A program made the translations under genes and the position numbers. A model generated the notes under the pieces. The model saw nothing but the letters and a program-made list of their open reading frames with translations, searched no databases and had not been told where the DNA came from. From Victivallaceae bacterium (GTDB lineage: Bacteria > Chlamydiota > Chlamydiia > Chlamydiales > Chlamydiaceae): DNA of 64,000 nucleotides. Positions 11,037 to 21,534 of the stretch are shown piece by piece. Each line of letters opens with the position of its first letter. Position 1 is the stretch's first letter. Location: contig JAVXCN010000001.1 in assembly GCA_036659455.1 (NCBI GenBank), forward strand, positions 9,261 to 73,260, in the 5' to 3' direction.

Positions 11037-11256
11037 TCATCATCTTACTAACGAGAATTTAAATAAGAAGTTTGATAGTCCTTTTAGTCTTGTTAACCAT
11101 GCCATTAAGATAGCCAGATCGAGAATATTGAAAGGTGAGACTTATTCTTCAAACGTGGTTATCGATGTTTTGGAAGATTTAGAGTACGATGACGAGGAAA
11201 TCGATTGCACCGGTGAAGAAGTTATTATCGTCGTAGAAGAAAAAATCACCGAATAA
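11029..11256 (+). CDS. rpoZ: Probable RNA polymerase omega subunit
   Basis: 75-aa ORF overlapping the gmk stop (ATGAGTGA). FSLVNHAIKIARSRI resembles the omega helix (RYxLVxxAxKRARQL). The gmk-rpoZ adjacency is widely conserved. Confidence 0.55.
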   Translation: MSDHHLTNENLNKKFDSPFSLVNHAIKIARSRILKGETYSSNVVIDVLEDLEYDDEEIDCTGEEVIIVVEEKITE

Positions 11257-11259
11257 TCC

Positions 11260-12960
11260 ATGAATGAGCGTTTTATGAGTCGTAAAAAAATGCGGGAAAA
11301 GGTCTTGATTACGGCTGCCTTGCCGTATGCTAACGGACCGCTGCATTTCGGGCACATAGCGGGAGTCTATTTACCGGCAGATTGTTGCGCTCGTTTTCAT
11401 AGGCTTATAGGTTCCGATGTAATTTACATTTGCGGTTCCGATGAGTACGGTATTGCTATAACGTTAAATGCCGAACATGCAGGTATTCCGTTTAAGGAGT
11501 ACGTAGATTATTATCATAATTTGCATTTGGCTTCTTTCCGTGATTTAAACATCGTTTTCGATTATTTTTCCCGAACTACATCAGATTCTCATGCTCCTTT
11601 GGTTATCGATTTTTATAACGATTTAAAACGGGGCGGGTATATAGAAGAGAAAGAGACTGAGCAATTATTTTCGGAACAGGAAGATCGTTTCTTAGCCGAT
11701 CGATACGTTACGGGTAAGTGCCCTTATTGTAAAGCTGACGGAGTCAGAGGAGACGAATGCGGTAGTTGCGGGGCCTCTTATGAAGCCACTGATTTGATTG
11801 ATCCTCGTTCCAAAATCAACGGAAAATCTTTGGTTCTCAAAAAAACAAGACATGACTTTCTTAAACTGGAATTGTTTAAAGAATTTCTTGAGAAACGTCT
11901 TAAGGAAAGACCTTTTCGTCCTAACGTTCAAAAGTTTGTTCTTGAGTATTTAAAAAATCTTCGGTCTCGTGCCATTACCAGGGATCTTAATTGGGGAGTA
12001 CCTGTTCCCGGAAAAGAGAGTAAGGTTTTTTATGTCTGGTTCGATGCTCCGATAGGATATGTGAGTGCTACTCTTGATTGGGCGGATAAGGTTAAAAATA
12101 ATCGAGAGTTATGGAAAGATTATTGGTTAAAGGATGACGTTAAATATATCGAATTCATAGGAAAGGATAATATTGTATTTCATGCCGTTATTTTTCCTTC
12201 AATGGAAGAGGGGCAAAGCCTTCCTTATAAGCAAGTCGATGATTTGGTAGCTTCCGAGTTTTATACCTTGGAAGGTAAACAGTTGAGTAAGTCCGATGGA
12301 CATTTTATTGATATCGATGATTTTTTAAGTAAATATTCGGTAGATACCGTTCGTTACTTTTTGGCTTCCGGTGCTCCGGAAACTTCGGACAGTAATTTTT
12401 CTTTTGAAGAATTCAAATCTCGTTGTAACGCTGATTTGGTAGGTAAGTACGGTAATTTTATCAATAGAGTATTATCTTTTGCAGATAAAAATGGTTTTAA
12501 AACAATCAAAGCGCATTCCCATTTATTGAATGATGAAAACATAGCTTTTATGGAAAGCGTCAAGAACGGGGCGAGAGAGGCTTATGATTGTTATACGGAT
12601 TATAGCATTCGAAGAGCGACTCAAGCCGTTATGGAAGTTGCTACGTTAGGGAACGTTTATTTCAATAGTGCGGCACCATGGAAATTAATTAAAGACTCGT
12701 CTTGTAGGGAGAAAGTCGAAAACATTCTCTTCTGTTGTCTTTTCTGTCAGAAAATTTTGGCGTTGATTTCTTATCCTTTAATTCCTGAGACATCGATTAA
12801 GATTTTGAATGCGTTAGGAATCGTAAATAAAGAAAAGACGAATGGGGTGACATTTTCCGATGAATCGATTTTCGATTTATGGAATAAGGACTTTTTGGAT
12901 TATCGTTCAACCGAATATGCCCCGGTTTGTCCGGACCTGTTGTTTTCGTTGATTGAGTGA
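11260..12960 (+). CDS. metG: Methionine--tRNA ligase
   Basis: HIGH-type LPYANGPLHFGHIAG, KMSKS-type KQLSKSDG and zinc knuckle CPYCKADGVRGDECGSCG. The start may be one of the Met codons at 11260, 11275 or 11290. Confidence 0.92.
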   Translation: MNERFMSRKKMREKVLITAALPYANGPLHFGHIAGVYLPADCCARFHRLIGSDVIYICGSDEYGIAITLNAEHAGIPFKEYVDYYHNLHLASFRDLNIVFDYFSRTTSDSHAPLVIDFYNDLKRGGYIEEKETEQLFSEQEDRFLADRYVTGKCPYCKADGVRGDECGSCGASYEATDLIDPRSKINGKSLVLKKTRHDFLKLELFKEFLEKRLKERPFRPNVQKFVLEYLKNLRSRAITRDLNWGVPVPGKESKVFYVWFDAPIGYVSATLDWADKVKNNRELWKDYWLKDDVKYIEFIGKDNIVFHAVIFPSMEEGQSLPYKQVDDLVASEFYTLEGKQLSKSDGHFIDIDDFLSKYSVDTVRYFLASGAPETSDSNFSFEEFKSRCNADLVGKYGNFINRVLSFADKNGFKTIKAHSHLLNDENIAFMESVKNGAREAYDCYTDYSIRRATQAVMEVATLGNVYFNSAAPWKLIKDSSCREKVENILFCCLFCQKILALISYPLIPETSIKILNALGIVNKEKTNGVTFSDESIFDLWNKDFLDYRSTEYAPVCPDLLFSLIE

Positions 12961-12970
12961 TCCGATAAAA

Positions 12971-15166
12971 TCATCCGGAAATCGGTATTAATTCGTGATT
13001 AATTCGTGTCGCTTTAATCGCTTGTTCCAGTCCCGTAAACCGAGTATCAATTCTATTTGTATTTACCGATATGGCGATAGCTTTTATACTTCCGATTAAA
13101 ACGACTAATTTTTTTCCTCTCGTAATGGCCGTGTAAAGTAAATTACGGTACAACATCATGTAGTGCGATGTATGTATCGGAATGATTATGCAGGGACTTT
13201 CGCTTCCTTGATATTTATGGACGGATATGGCGTAAGCGATAGTTAATTCGTTAAGTTCATTGAAAGTGTAATTTATATACTTGGCATCGAATAGAACGGT
13301 AACGGATTTATTCGAAAAATCAATCGATTGAATATAACCTATATCTCCGTTAAAGACCTCTTTCCCGTAATTGTTACGGGTTTGCATAACTTTGTCTCCC
13401 GCCGAGTATTTTTGTTGATTTTTCATAATAAAAAGTTGATTGGGGTTTAATTTTTTGCGGATTGACTCATTAAGCGTATGTGTTCCGAGTACTCCTTTTT
13501 TCATGGGAGATAAAACTTGAATGTCCTTAATCGATATATGAAATTTTCCGGGGATAACATCCGTTATCAAAGAAACGATTTGTTCCAAGGCTTCTTTGGG
13601 ATCTTCTTTTCTGAAGAACAAAAAATCTTGTTTCCCGTTTTTTTTATATAATTCGGGAAAGATGCCTTGGTTAATGAGATGAGCATTGGTAATAATCCCT
13701 GAATCGTGTACCTGTCTGAATACTTCATTCAGTTCCGTTACTGAAATCAGATCCGATCTAATCATGTCTTTTAAAATATTACCGGGTCCAACGCTGGGTA
13801 ATTGATGGATGTCCCCTATAAATAAAACAATGGCGGAATCAGGAAGTGCCTGAAGAAAATGTTTCAAAAGAATCGTATCGATCATTCCCGATTCATCGAC
13901 GATAATAAGGTCACAATCGAGAGGATTTTTTTTATTAATTTTAAATGATCGGTTTTCTCGATCATATCTTAAGAGGCTATGAATAGTAACGGCTCGTTTT
14001 CTTGTGACTTCGGAAAGTCTTTTGGCTGCCTTTCCTGTCGGTGCCGCCAATATTATTTTATGCGTTAATTGTTGAAAAATGATAAGAATAGCCTCGGTTA
14101 TTGTGGTTTTTCCGGTTCCGGGCCCTCCTGTGATGATGTGAATTTTCTTTCTTATCGATAAAGTCAGGGCCTCTTTCTGTTTTTCGGCGAGCGTGAAGCC
14201 TAGACGTTCTTCTGCCCAGGGAACGGAGGTTTCAGGTGAAATATTCCGTATATTTTTTGACGAAAAAAGAATGCGTTTAAGGTCGAAGGCAATTGAAAGC
14301 TCGTTTTGAAACAATTCTTTTTTCCAGATCATCGGTACGGCATTTAAGACATGTTTTATGAAAATTTCCGTTTTAATCAATATGGAAATTTGTTGGCTAA
14401 TCTCTTCTTCGGTAACGATATGATCCGTTGATTCGTTATTTAATATTTTATCGGTGCGTTCGATAAGATGGGTAAGAGGTAAACAACAGTGACCGAGATC
14501 GGTACTTTCATTCATAATGAATTGAAGACTTGCTTTGATCCTGTATGCGGAATTTTTCGGTAATCCCAATTTTAATGCAATGAGGTCTGCCGTTTTAAAT
14601 CCGATGCCGCGTATGTTTTTTGAAGCGAGAATAAAAGGATTCGTTCTAATTATGGAGATGGTGTTTTCTCCGAATTTGGCGAATAATTTTTTCGCAAAAT
14701 AGACGGGTACGTCATATTCCTGTAGAAAAAGAACGGTATCTCGAAGTTGTTTTTGTTCTCCGAGTTGTTTAATGAGTTGATCGCTTTTTTTGTTTCCCAA
14801 GCCGGGGACTTCCCTTAATCGTTGAGGATCGTCATTGATGATGTTAAGAGTATTTTCGGAAAATGTTTCAATGATTTTTTTTGCGATTTTGGGTCCGATA
14901 CCTTTAATATTTTTGGAAACCAAATAATTAAAAATACCTTTATTTCCGGAATTTTTTTCGTACTTGATCTCGGTTACGTTAAAAATTGTGCCGTAATAAT
15001 GATCTTCCGACCAGTTACCGTAAACGCTGACTTCAGCATTCGGATTGCATTCGAAACGAGAGATGACGGTAATGGGTTTTTCTTGGTAAGGAGTTTTTAA
15101 CGAGGCTATCGTCAAAGAGTCGGATCTATGAAGGATCTGATGAATTGTTCCGTGAATTCTTTCCAT
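12971..15166 (-). CDS. recD: RecD2-like ATP-dependent DNA helicase (SF1B)
   Basis: Walker A ITGGPGTGKTT, Walker B LIIVDESGM, N-terminal HhH-like region, and C-terminal AISVHKYQGSE / AITRGKK motifs. Confidence 0.85.
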   Translation of the reverse strand: MERIHGTIHQILHRSDSLTIASLKTPYQEKPITVISRFECNPNAEVSVYGNWSEDHYYGTIFNVTEIKYEKNSGNKGIFNYLVSKNIKGIGPKIAKKIIETFSENTLNIINDDPQRLREVPGLGNKKSDQLIKQLGEQKQLRDTVLFLQEYDVPVYFAKKLFAKFGENTISIIRTNPFILASKNIRGIGFKTADLIALKLGLPKNSAYRIKASLQFIMNESTDLGHCCLPLTHLIERTDKILNNESTDHIVTEEEISQQISILIKTEIFIKHVLNAVPMIWKKELFQNELSIAFDLKRILFSSKNIRNISPETSVPWAEERLGFTLAEKQKEALTLSIRKKIHIITGGPGTGKTTITEAILIIFQQLTHKIILAAPTGKAAKRLSEVTRKRAVTIHSLLRYDRENRSFKINKKNPLDCDLIIVDESGMIDTILLKHFLQALPDSAIVLFIGDIHQLPSVGPGNILKDMIRSDLISVTELNEVFRQVHDSGIITNAHLINQGIFPELYKKNGKQDFLFFRKEDPKEALEQIVSLITDVIPGKFHISIKDIQVLSPMKKGVLGTHTLNESIRKKLNPNQLFIMKNQQKYSAGDKVMQTRNNYGKEVFNGDIGYIQSIDFSNKSVTVLFDAKYINYTFNELNELTIAYAISVHKYQGSESPCIIIPIHTSHYMMLYRNLLYTAITRGKKLVVLIGSIKAIAISVNTNRIDTRFTGLEQAIKATRINHELIPISG

Positions 15167-15238
15167 AAGAAGCCCTGACCTTAGGAGCGATTATTATTTC
15201 ATGTATATGAAAATTCGAGGCAATTAAGGTTTACCCGT

Positions 15239-16255
15239 TTATTTATTCCCTATTGAAGAAGGACTAGCCTTATCTTTGTTTGCGGACTTTTTTCCGAAAA
15301 GAGCCAACCCATATAAGCTGCCTCCGAACATAAGAACAATGCCCAACCCTTCTACGCATGTCGGAAGAGAAGTCGTAATAAAGAAATACATCAAAAGTCC
15401 AAACAGAGATTCGAAAATAAGAAGAGAACCCAGAAGAGACGATGAGAGCCTCGTAGAGGCTTTATTCCAACATACGCCAGCTAAAGAAGAGCTGCAAATT
15501 CCTAGGATGAGAATTCCGATAATATAAGGAGATCCTCTGCCTTCTGGAGAGAATGAAAGTAAGGTTTTTATATCGATAACCTTACATAGATTCAATACAA
15601 TGAAAGAGGGGGCTGTTACGAAAAAAGTCGAGACGCCTAAAATGTAACTCCATGCAAGTTCGTTCACTTCAGGATGTTCTTCCAAGAATTTGCCGTTTTT
15701 TATGATATAAAGTGTCCAGATAACCGTAGATAAGATAACCGTAGCGGTGCCGACAATGGATTTCCAAAACGACGTTGAAATGATGGGTTGTTCCAATATC
15801 GATAGATTAGTTAAAAGAACGCCTCCTATAACGACAACGGATATAATTGCAACGGTAACTTGAGGAACCTCTTTCGATTTTAAATTCGAGTAGAAAAGAA
15901 CGGTTAGAGGAGTCAGTCCAGTCATTACGACCGTAATCGCAGGACCTGCATATCGTAAACCTATGACTATTCCGAGATAATAAACAGGGTTCGTCAATAC
16001 TCCCCAAATAAACCCGGTGCGCCAGATCTTAAAAGAATACATTTTAAAGAAATTACGATTACTAATCAAAGCCCCTATTAAAGAGGCTAACCCAAATATC
16101 AAATAACGTCCTAAAACGATTTCTATATCCTTGTATTGACTCAAAAATTGGGGAACGACGAACACCAGTCCCCAAAGAAAACAAGCTCCGAGGGAGTATA
16201 AAACTCCTGAGAAAAAACAATGTTTATTAGTATTCCGATTTTTAGATATATGCAT
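15239..16255 (-). CDS. DMT-superfamily (EamA-like) transporter, ~10 TM
   Basis: 338 aa, hydrophobic throughout with a two-fold internal repeat of 5-TM units. The position matches ytfF next to recD in C. trachomatis (from memory). Confidence 0.7.
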   Translation of the reverse strand: MHISKNRNTNKHCFFSGVLYSLGACFLWGLVFVVPQFLSQYKDIEIVLGRYLIFGLASLIGALISNRNFFKMYSFKIWRTGFIWGVLTNPVYYLGIVIGLRYAGPAITVVMTGLTPLTVLFYSNLKSKEVPQVTVAIISVVVIGGVLLTNLSILEQPIISTSFWKSIVGTATVILSTVIWTLYIIKNGKFLEEHPEVNELAWSYILGVSTFFVTAPSFIVLNLCKVIDIKTLLSFSPEGRGSPYIIGILILGICSSSLAGVCWNKASTRLSSSLLGSLLIFESLFGLLMYFFITTSLPTCVEGLGIVLMFGGSLYGLALFGKKSANKDKASPSSIGNK

Positions 16256-16399
16256 GAGATTCTAGGTTTTCTTTTCTTAGTAAGATGATGCCTTTAATAG
16301 ATTGTTTTTTTCAATTTTTCTCTTAGGAACTTTTTTTTTATTTTAATTATGAACAATTATAATCTTGAGGTTCGGATCTTTATTATTTCAGGAGTGAAA

Positions 16400-16831
16400 A
16401 TGTTCGAATGTTCTCTTACTTCTTCATTTAATGTAAAATTAAAATTTTTCTTTAAAGAATGGGTAATGGGTATCGATTATCGTTGCCTCTTTATTTTTGG
16501 GTCTTTTATCGCAGATCTCTTTGCCCATAGGTCCCGTGCCTCTCACTCTACAGACTTTCGGAATTTATTTGATCGGAGTCTTCTTAGGTGAGAAACGAGG
16601 ACTTGCAGCTGTTGCCGCCTATCTTATCGAGGGATCCTTAGGATTGCCGGTTTTTGCCGGAGGAAGCTTTGGACTAGTTCATCTTTTCGGTTTGACTGGC
16701 GGCTATCTGCCGACTTTCCTTCCGGAATTATTCCTTTTATTATCCCCGAAATCGTCAAGATTGCAATGATTTTATGTATCGTTAAGGGATGTCGTAGATC
16801 CGGAGTATTCCGAATGCCATGGATATCCTGA
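16400..16831 (+). pseudogene. bioY: bioY (biotin ECF S-component), disrupted by a 7-bp tandem duplication and an internal deletion/frameshift
   Basis: BioY core SLPIGPVPLTLQTFGIYLIGVFLG...GLPVFAGGSFG...LTGGYL is in one frame. The N-terminus (MFECSL..KEWV, AGGAG SD at 16390) is in another frame, separated by AATGGGT|AATGGGT (16458-16471). The C-terminal IIPFIIPEIVKIAMIL is in a third frame after ~16715. Confidence 0.8.
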
Positions 16832-17445
16832 TTTATTCGGGAGCAGGTGTTTCCGGTTATTTATTGAGACATGTTTTCCGTTTTTTTTCTCGTTTTATTC
16901 TGGATGTAAATCGATACTCTATCAAGAGAGTACAAGCCGATTATTTGATTGGCGGCGGTTTGTTGGTATTTGTACAGGAGGTTATGTTTGTTGTGCCTCT
17001 GTCTATTTCGATATTCCGGGTATGATTATTAATGAATCGCGAGACTTGTACTTTTGTCGAGGACAAGCATATGTCCCTGTTTATGCGCGTACGGAGTTTT
17101 CTATACCGGATGGGGATTCGTGCCGTTCCTTTAGTAGCTGAACGTCCATTGGGTTTATTTATGTATTATGGGGGAGGGACTTTTTTGAATGTGAAAGATT
17201 CATTTCAAGGAGTTTCCGTAGAGGCTTATTATGCGGATTTGGAAAAAGAACCGGCTATATTAATGGCTTCATGCGGCAAGGGAAAAGCCTTATTATCCGG
17301 AGTTCACTATGAATATGATCCCGAATATTCCGGTCTTTTCGATCCTTATCTTAAACAGGTTGCTTGTTTGCTTAAAGAAATGAATAATAAAATGATGACG
17401 GAAAATTTTCTGAAGGGGTTGATGAAAAAATTGTTCAATGACTAA
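16819..17445 (+). pseudogene. BPL_N-like (biotin-protein-ligase N-terminal / class-I GATase-like) gene, fragmented
   Basis: N-terminus DILIYSGAGVS...YSIKRVQADYL..LLVF and C-terminus FMYYGGGTFLNV...CGKGKALLSGVHYEY match the BPL_N pattern. There is an in-frame TGA at 17026. The expected GGxYxGxCAGxY-like piece (TGGYVCCASVYFD) sits in another frame (~16975-17137). Confidence 0.5.
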
Positions 17446-17493
17446 GCGGAATTGTTAATCGGATCGGCTTTTGATTTTAAAACCTTTTTTTAA

Positions 17494-18348
17494 TTAATGG
17501 AAAACCGAAGTATATCCGCCGTCGAGAACTAAATTTATGCCGTTGATGAAATTCGCTTGATCGGAAAGAAGGAATCCGACCGCTTTAGTAAGGTCAAGAG
17601 TTTCGGCATGGCGATGAAGAGGGATGTTTTCCGTTTCTTTTCGCATTTGTTCTTCGTAAGATAAACCATTTTCGCCGGCTTGTCTTAAAATCCTTTCCTT
17701 ATGAGCCTTCGTTAAAACGACTCCTGGAGAAAGAGCATTTACAGTGATGCCAAAAGCTCCTAACCGATAGGATAAAATTTTTGTTAACGTGGTCCATGTT
17801 CTGAAAACGACACAGGAAAACCCGTATTGAGGTTGTAATTGCACCGAAGTGGTTCCTGCGATTATAACGATCTTACTTGAAGGATAGAGATAAGGTATAA
17901 TTGTTTTTAAGGTGTCTAGAGGGCCAGTAATATTAACACGAAATAAATTCAACCAAGCATCTTCGTTGGGTATTACCGATTCGGTATCATTGACCATAGG
18001 TCGGGGAGTTATAAGTACGACGCCTGATATGTGAGAAGCGTTATTTTTTAGGTAGTAACCGAAATCTGTTCTTGAAGTAGGATTCGAAAAATCCAGACTA
18101 CGGATTTCATAACGACCTTGATAAGAATTCGTTAACTCCGACTTTAGATCCTTCAATTTCTTAAAATTTCTTCCTGTTAAGATCAAATCGTGATCGAAAG
18201 CCAACGAGCAGGCAACGGCTCTGCCCAAACTTCCCGATGCCGATGTCACAATGATGGTTTTACGTTTCGGAATTGTCAAATCCTGTGAGTGAGCATCTAA
18301 GACTAAGACCGAAGACAAACCTAGCACTAATAGGACAATCGATCTCAT
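17494..18348 (-). CDS. Short-chain dehydrogenase/reductase family protein with an N-terminal signal peptide
   Basis: Signal peptide MRSIVLLVLGLSSVLVLDAHS, Rossmann motif VTSASGSLGRAV and C-terminal GITVNALSPGVVLT block. I could not locate a canonical YxxxK. Confidence 0.7.
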   Translation of the reverse strand: MRSIVLLVLGLSSVLVLDAHSQDLTIPKRKTIIVTSASGSLGRAVACSLAFDHDLILTGRNFKKLKDLKSELTNSYQGRYEIRSLDFSNPTSRTDFGYYLKNNASHISGVVLITPRPMVNDTESVIPNEDAWLNLFRVNITGPLDTLKTIIPYLYPSSKIVIIAGTTSVQLQPQYGFSCVVFRTWTTLTKILSYRLGAFGITVNALSPGVVLTKAHKERILRQAGENGLSYEEQMRKETENIPLHRHAETLDLTKAVGFLLSDQANFINGINLVLDGGYTSVFH

Positions 18349-18377
18349 GAATCGAAGAACTCTTGATTAGGCATGAA

Positions 18378-18449
18378 CTCCGGAGGATGGGTTCGAACCA
18401 ACGACCAATGGATTAACAGTCCACTGCTCTACCGCTGAGCTACTCCGGA
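18378..18449 (-). tRNA. tRNA-Asn (anticodon GUU), 72 nt, no encoded CCA
   Basis: Minus-strand sequence TCCGGAG-TA-GCTC-AGCGGTA-GAGC-A-GTGGA-CTGTTAA-TCCAT-TGGTC-GTTGG-TTCGAAC-CCATC-CTCCGGA-G. The acceptor stem is a perfect 7 bp, the T-loop is TTCGAAC, and there is one U-U mismatch in the T stem. Confidence 0.9.
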
Positions 18450-18510
18450 ATAAACAATAATGTGCGAATTTTACGGTAGGTAATAAAATTTGTAAATGAT
18501 TTTAATCAAT

Positions 18511-19269
18511 TTATTTAAAGAAAAGATTTCTTAGAAATAGAGCGATATCTTCCGAATCGGCATTGGGATTAAAAACGATACTTTCAGAATATTTTTCGGA
18601 GATGTGTTTGGAATCGGATCGGAACAAAAAATGAGCTTGTTTAGCCAAACGTCCGGAATATTGCGGTTTTAGATTAACTTTGGATAATCCCGATTCAAAT
18701 GTTAAGTAAATTAAAGAAGAAACGGATTGTAAAAAAGAAGGAACGGCAGCTGATATATTTTTAGAATGACATTCCAAAAAAGGCAATGAAATTAAGGGGA
18801 GTTCTTTGCCGTTAGGTTTAAATATTTTGAAACGAACACCCCTAAATAAGCAATTTTTAATCATAACGTCAAAACCAAAGGAATTTTCTCGATACGGTTT
18901 TTTAAAAAATTGAGACCAATTGCTTTCGTAATCGTTTTTATCAGAAAGAATGAGATTAAATAAAGGACCTTGTATGTCCAATAAGGTAATTTCCAAGCGT
19001 CTTGCAAAAATCAGTTTTGGTATAGATATCCTTGCAGTAATGAAATCCGTTTCTAGAGCATGGCTGTAATCATGATTAAAACGTGAAGGATTATGCAAAC
19101 AAAGATGTCGAATTTTAATACCGTATTTTCGCATAGATACCTTTCCTATTGATACTTGATATCCAAGTCGATCGGACAGCCAATTTTCAAGGAGGCTTTC
19201 TTTGCGAAACCATAGAAAAAGCAAAATCAAAAGACCTGCGGAAAAAATGGTTTTAATTAATTTAAACAT
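18511..19269 (-). CDS. Hypothetical membrane-anchored protein (weak AsmA-N-like beginning)
   Basis: 252 aa with an N-terminal TM (IFSAGLLILLFLWF) followed by LSDRLGYQVSIGKVSMRKYGIKIRHLCLHNP. No firm family assignment. Confidence 0.5.
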   Translation of the reverse strand: MFKLIKTIFSAGLLILLFLWFRKESLLENWLSDRLGYQVSIGKVSMRKYGIKIRHLCLHNPSRFNHDYSHALETDFITARISIPKLIFARRLEITLLDIQGPLFNLILSDKNDYESNWSQFFKKPYRENSFGFDVMIKNCLFRGVRFKIFKPNGKELPLISLPFLECHSKNISAAVPSFLQSVSSLIYLTFESGLSKVNLKPQYSGRLAKQAHFLFRSDSKHISEKYSESIVFNPNADSEDIALFLRNLFFK

Positions 19270-19330
19270 AGAAAAAAAATTTTACGGACGGTTTTGACGG
19301 CAGGATAATCAAATGAAAAAAAAATTTAAA

Positions 19331-19361
19331 TAAAAAAGACCCTTTCTTTGAAGAAAGAGTC
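19331..19361 (-). terminator. Rho-independent terminator downstream of groEL
   Basis: Hairpin GACCCTTTCTT..AAGAAAGAGTC (19338-19361, one mismatch). It is followed on the minus strand by a T6 run (the + strand A-run at 19332-19337), 30 nt after the groEL stop. Confidence 0.55.
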
Positions 19362-19390
19362 TTTTGACTTAACCGAAACGAAATCTTCGA

Positions 19391-21055
<1,665 letters not shown>

Positions 21056-21065
21056 TTAATTTAAC

Positions 21066-21374
21066 TTATTTTACTATTGCCATAATCTCGTCGGCTCGCA
21101 AAATGACGTATTCTTCTCCGTCGATCGAAATTTCTTGCCCGGAATATTTGTCCATTAAAACGATATCGCCGTCCCGTACTTCAAAAGGAATAGCGGCTCC
21201 TTCTTTCGTTTGCTTGCCGGTGCCGAGAGCAATAACTACGGCTTTTTCTTGTTTTTTCTTTGCTGTATCGGGGAGAATGATACCGCCCTTAATCACGCTT
21301 TCTTGTTCAAGACGCTTAACAAGTACTCTATCTCCCAAAGGTTTTAATTTGGTTTTTACGGCTTGCTCAGTCAT
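21066..21374 (-). CDS. groES: Co-chaperonin GroES
   Basis: KLKPLGDRVLVKR...GIILPDTAKKK... The ATG at 21374 is preceded by GGGAG. The track ORF extends to 21401. Confidence 0.93.
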   Translation of the reverse strand: MTEQAVKTKLKPLGDRVLVKRLEQESVIKGGIILPDTAKKKQEKAVVIALGTGKQTKEGAAIPFEVRDGDIVLMDKYSGQEISIDGEEYVILRADEIMAIVK

Positions 21375-21504
21375 ACGAATATCTCCCATGTTAATGACCA
21401 TATTTAACTGATTTTTTACTTATTTTTCCTAAATCGCCTCGACGATTCTACCGGAAATCAAGGTGGAAAACATAGCAAATTTCCGGTTTTTCAATCAACA
21501 TGAT

Positions 21505-21531
21505 TTAGCAGTTTTTATTTTTAAATGCTAA
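21505..21531 (-). promoter_or_regulatory. CIRCE-like inverted repeat (HrcA operator) upstream of groES
   Basis: TTAGCAGTT-N9-AAATGCTAA compared with the consensus TTAGCACTC-N9-GAGTGCTAA. It has the exact 9+9+9 geometry, 8/9 arm complementarity, and lies 131 nt upstream of the groES ATG. Confidence 0.7.
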
Positions 21532-21534
21532 AAA

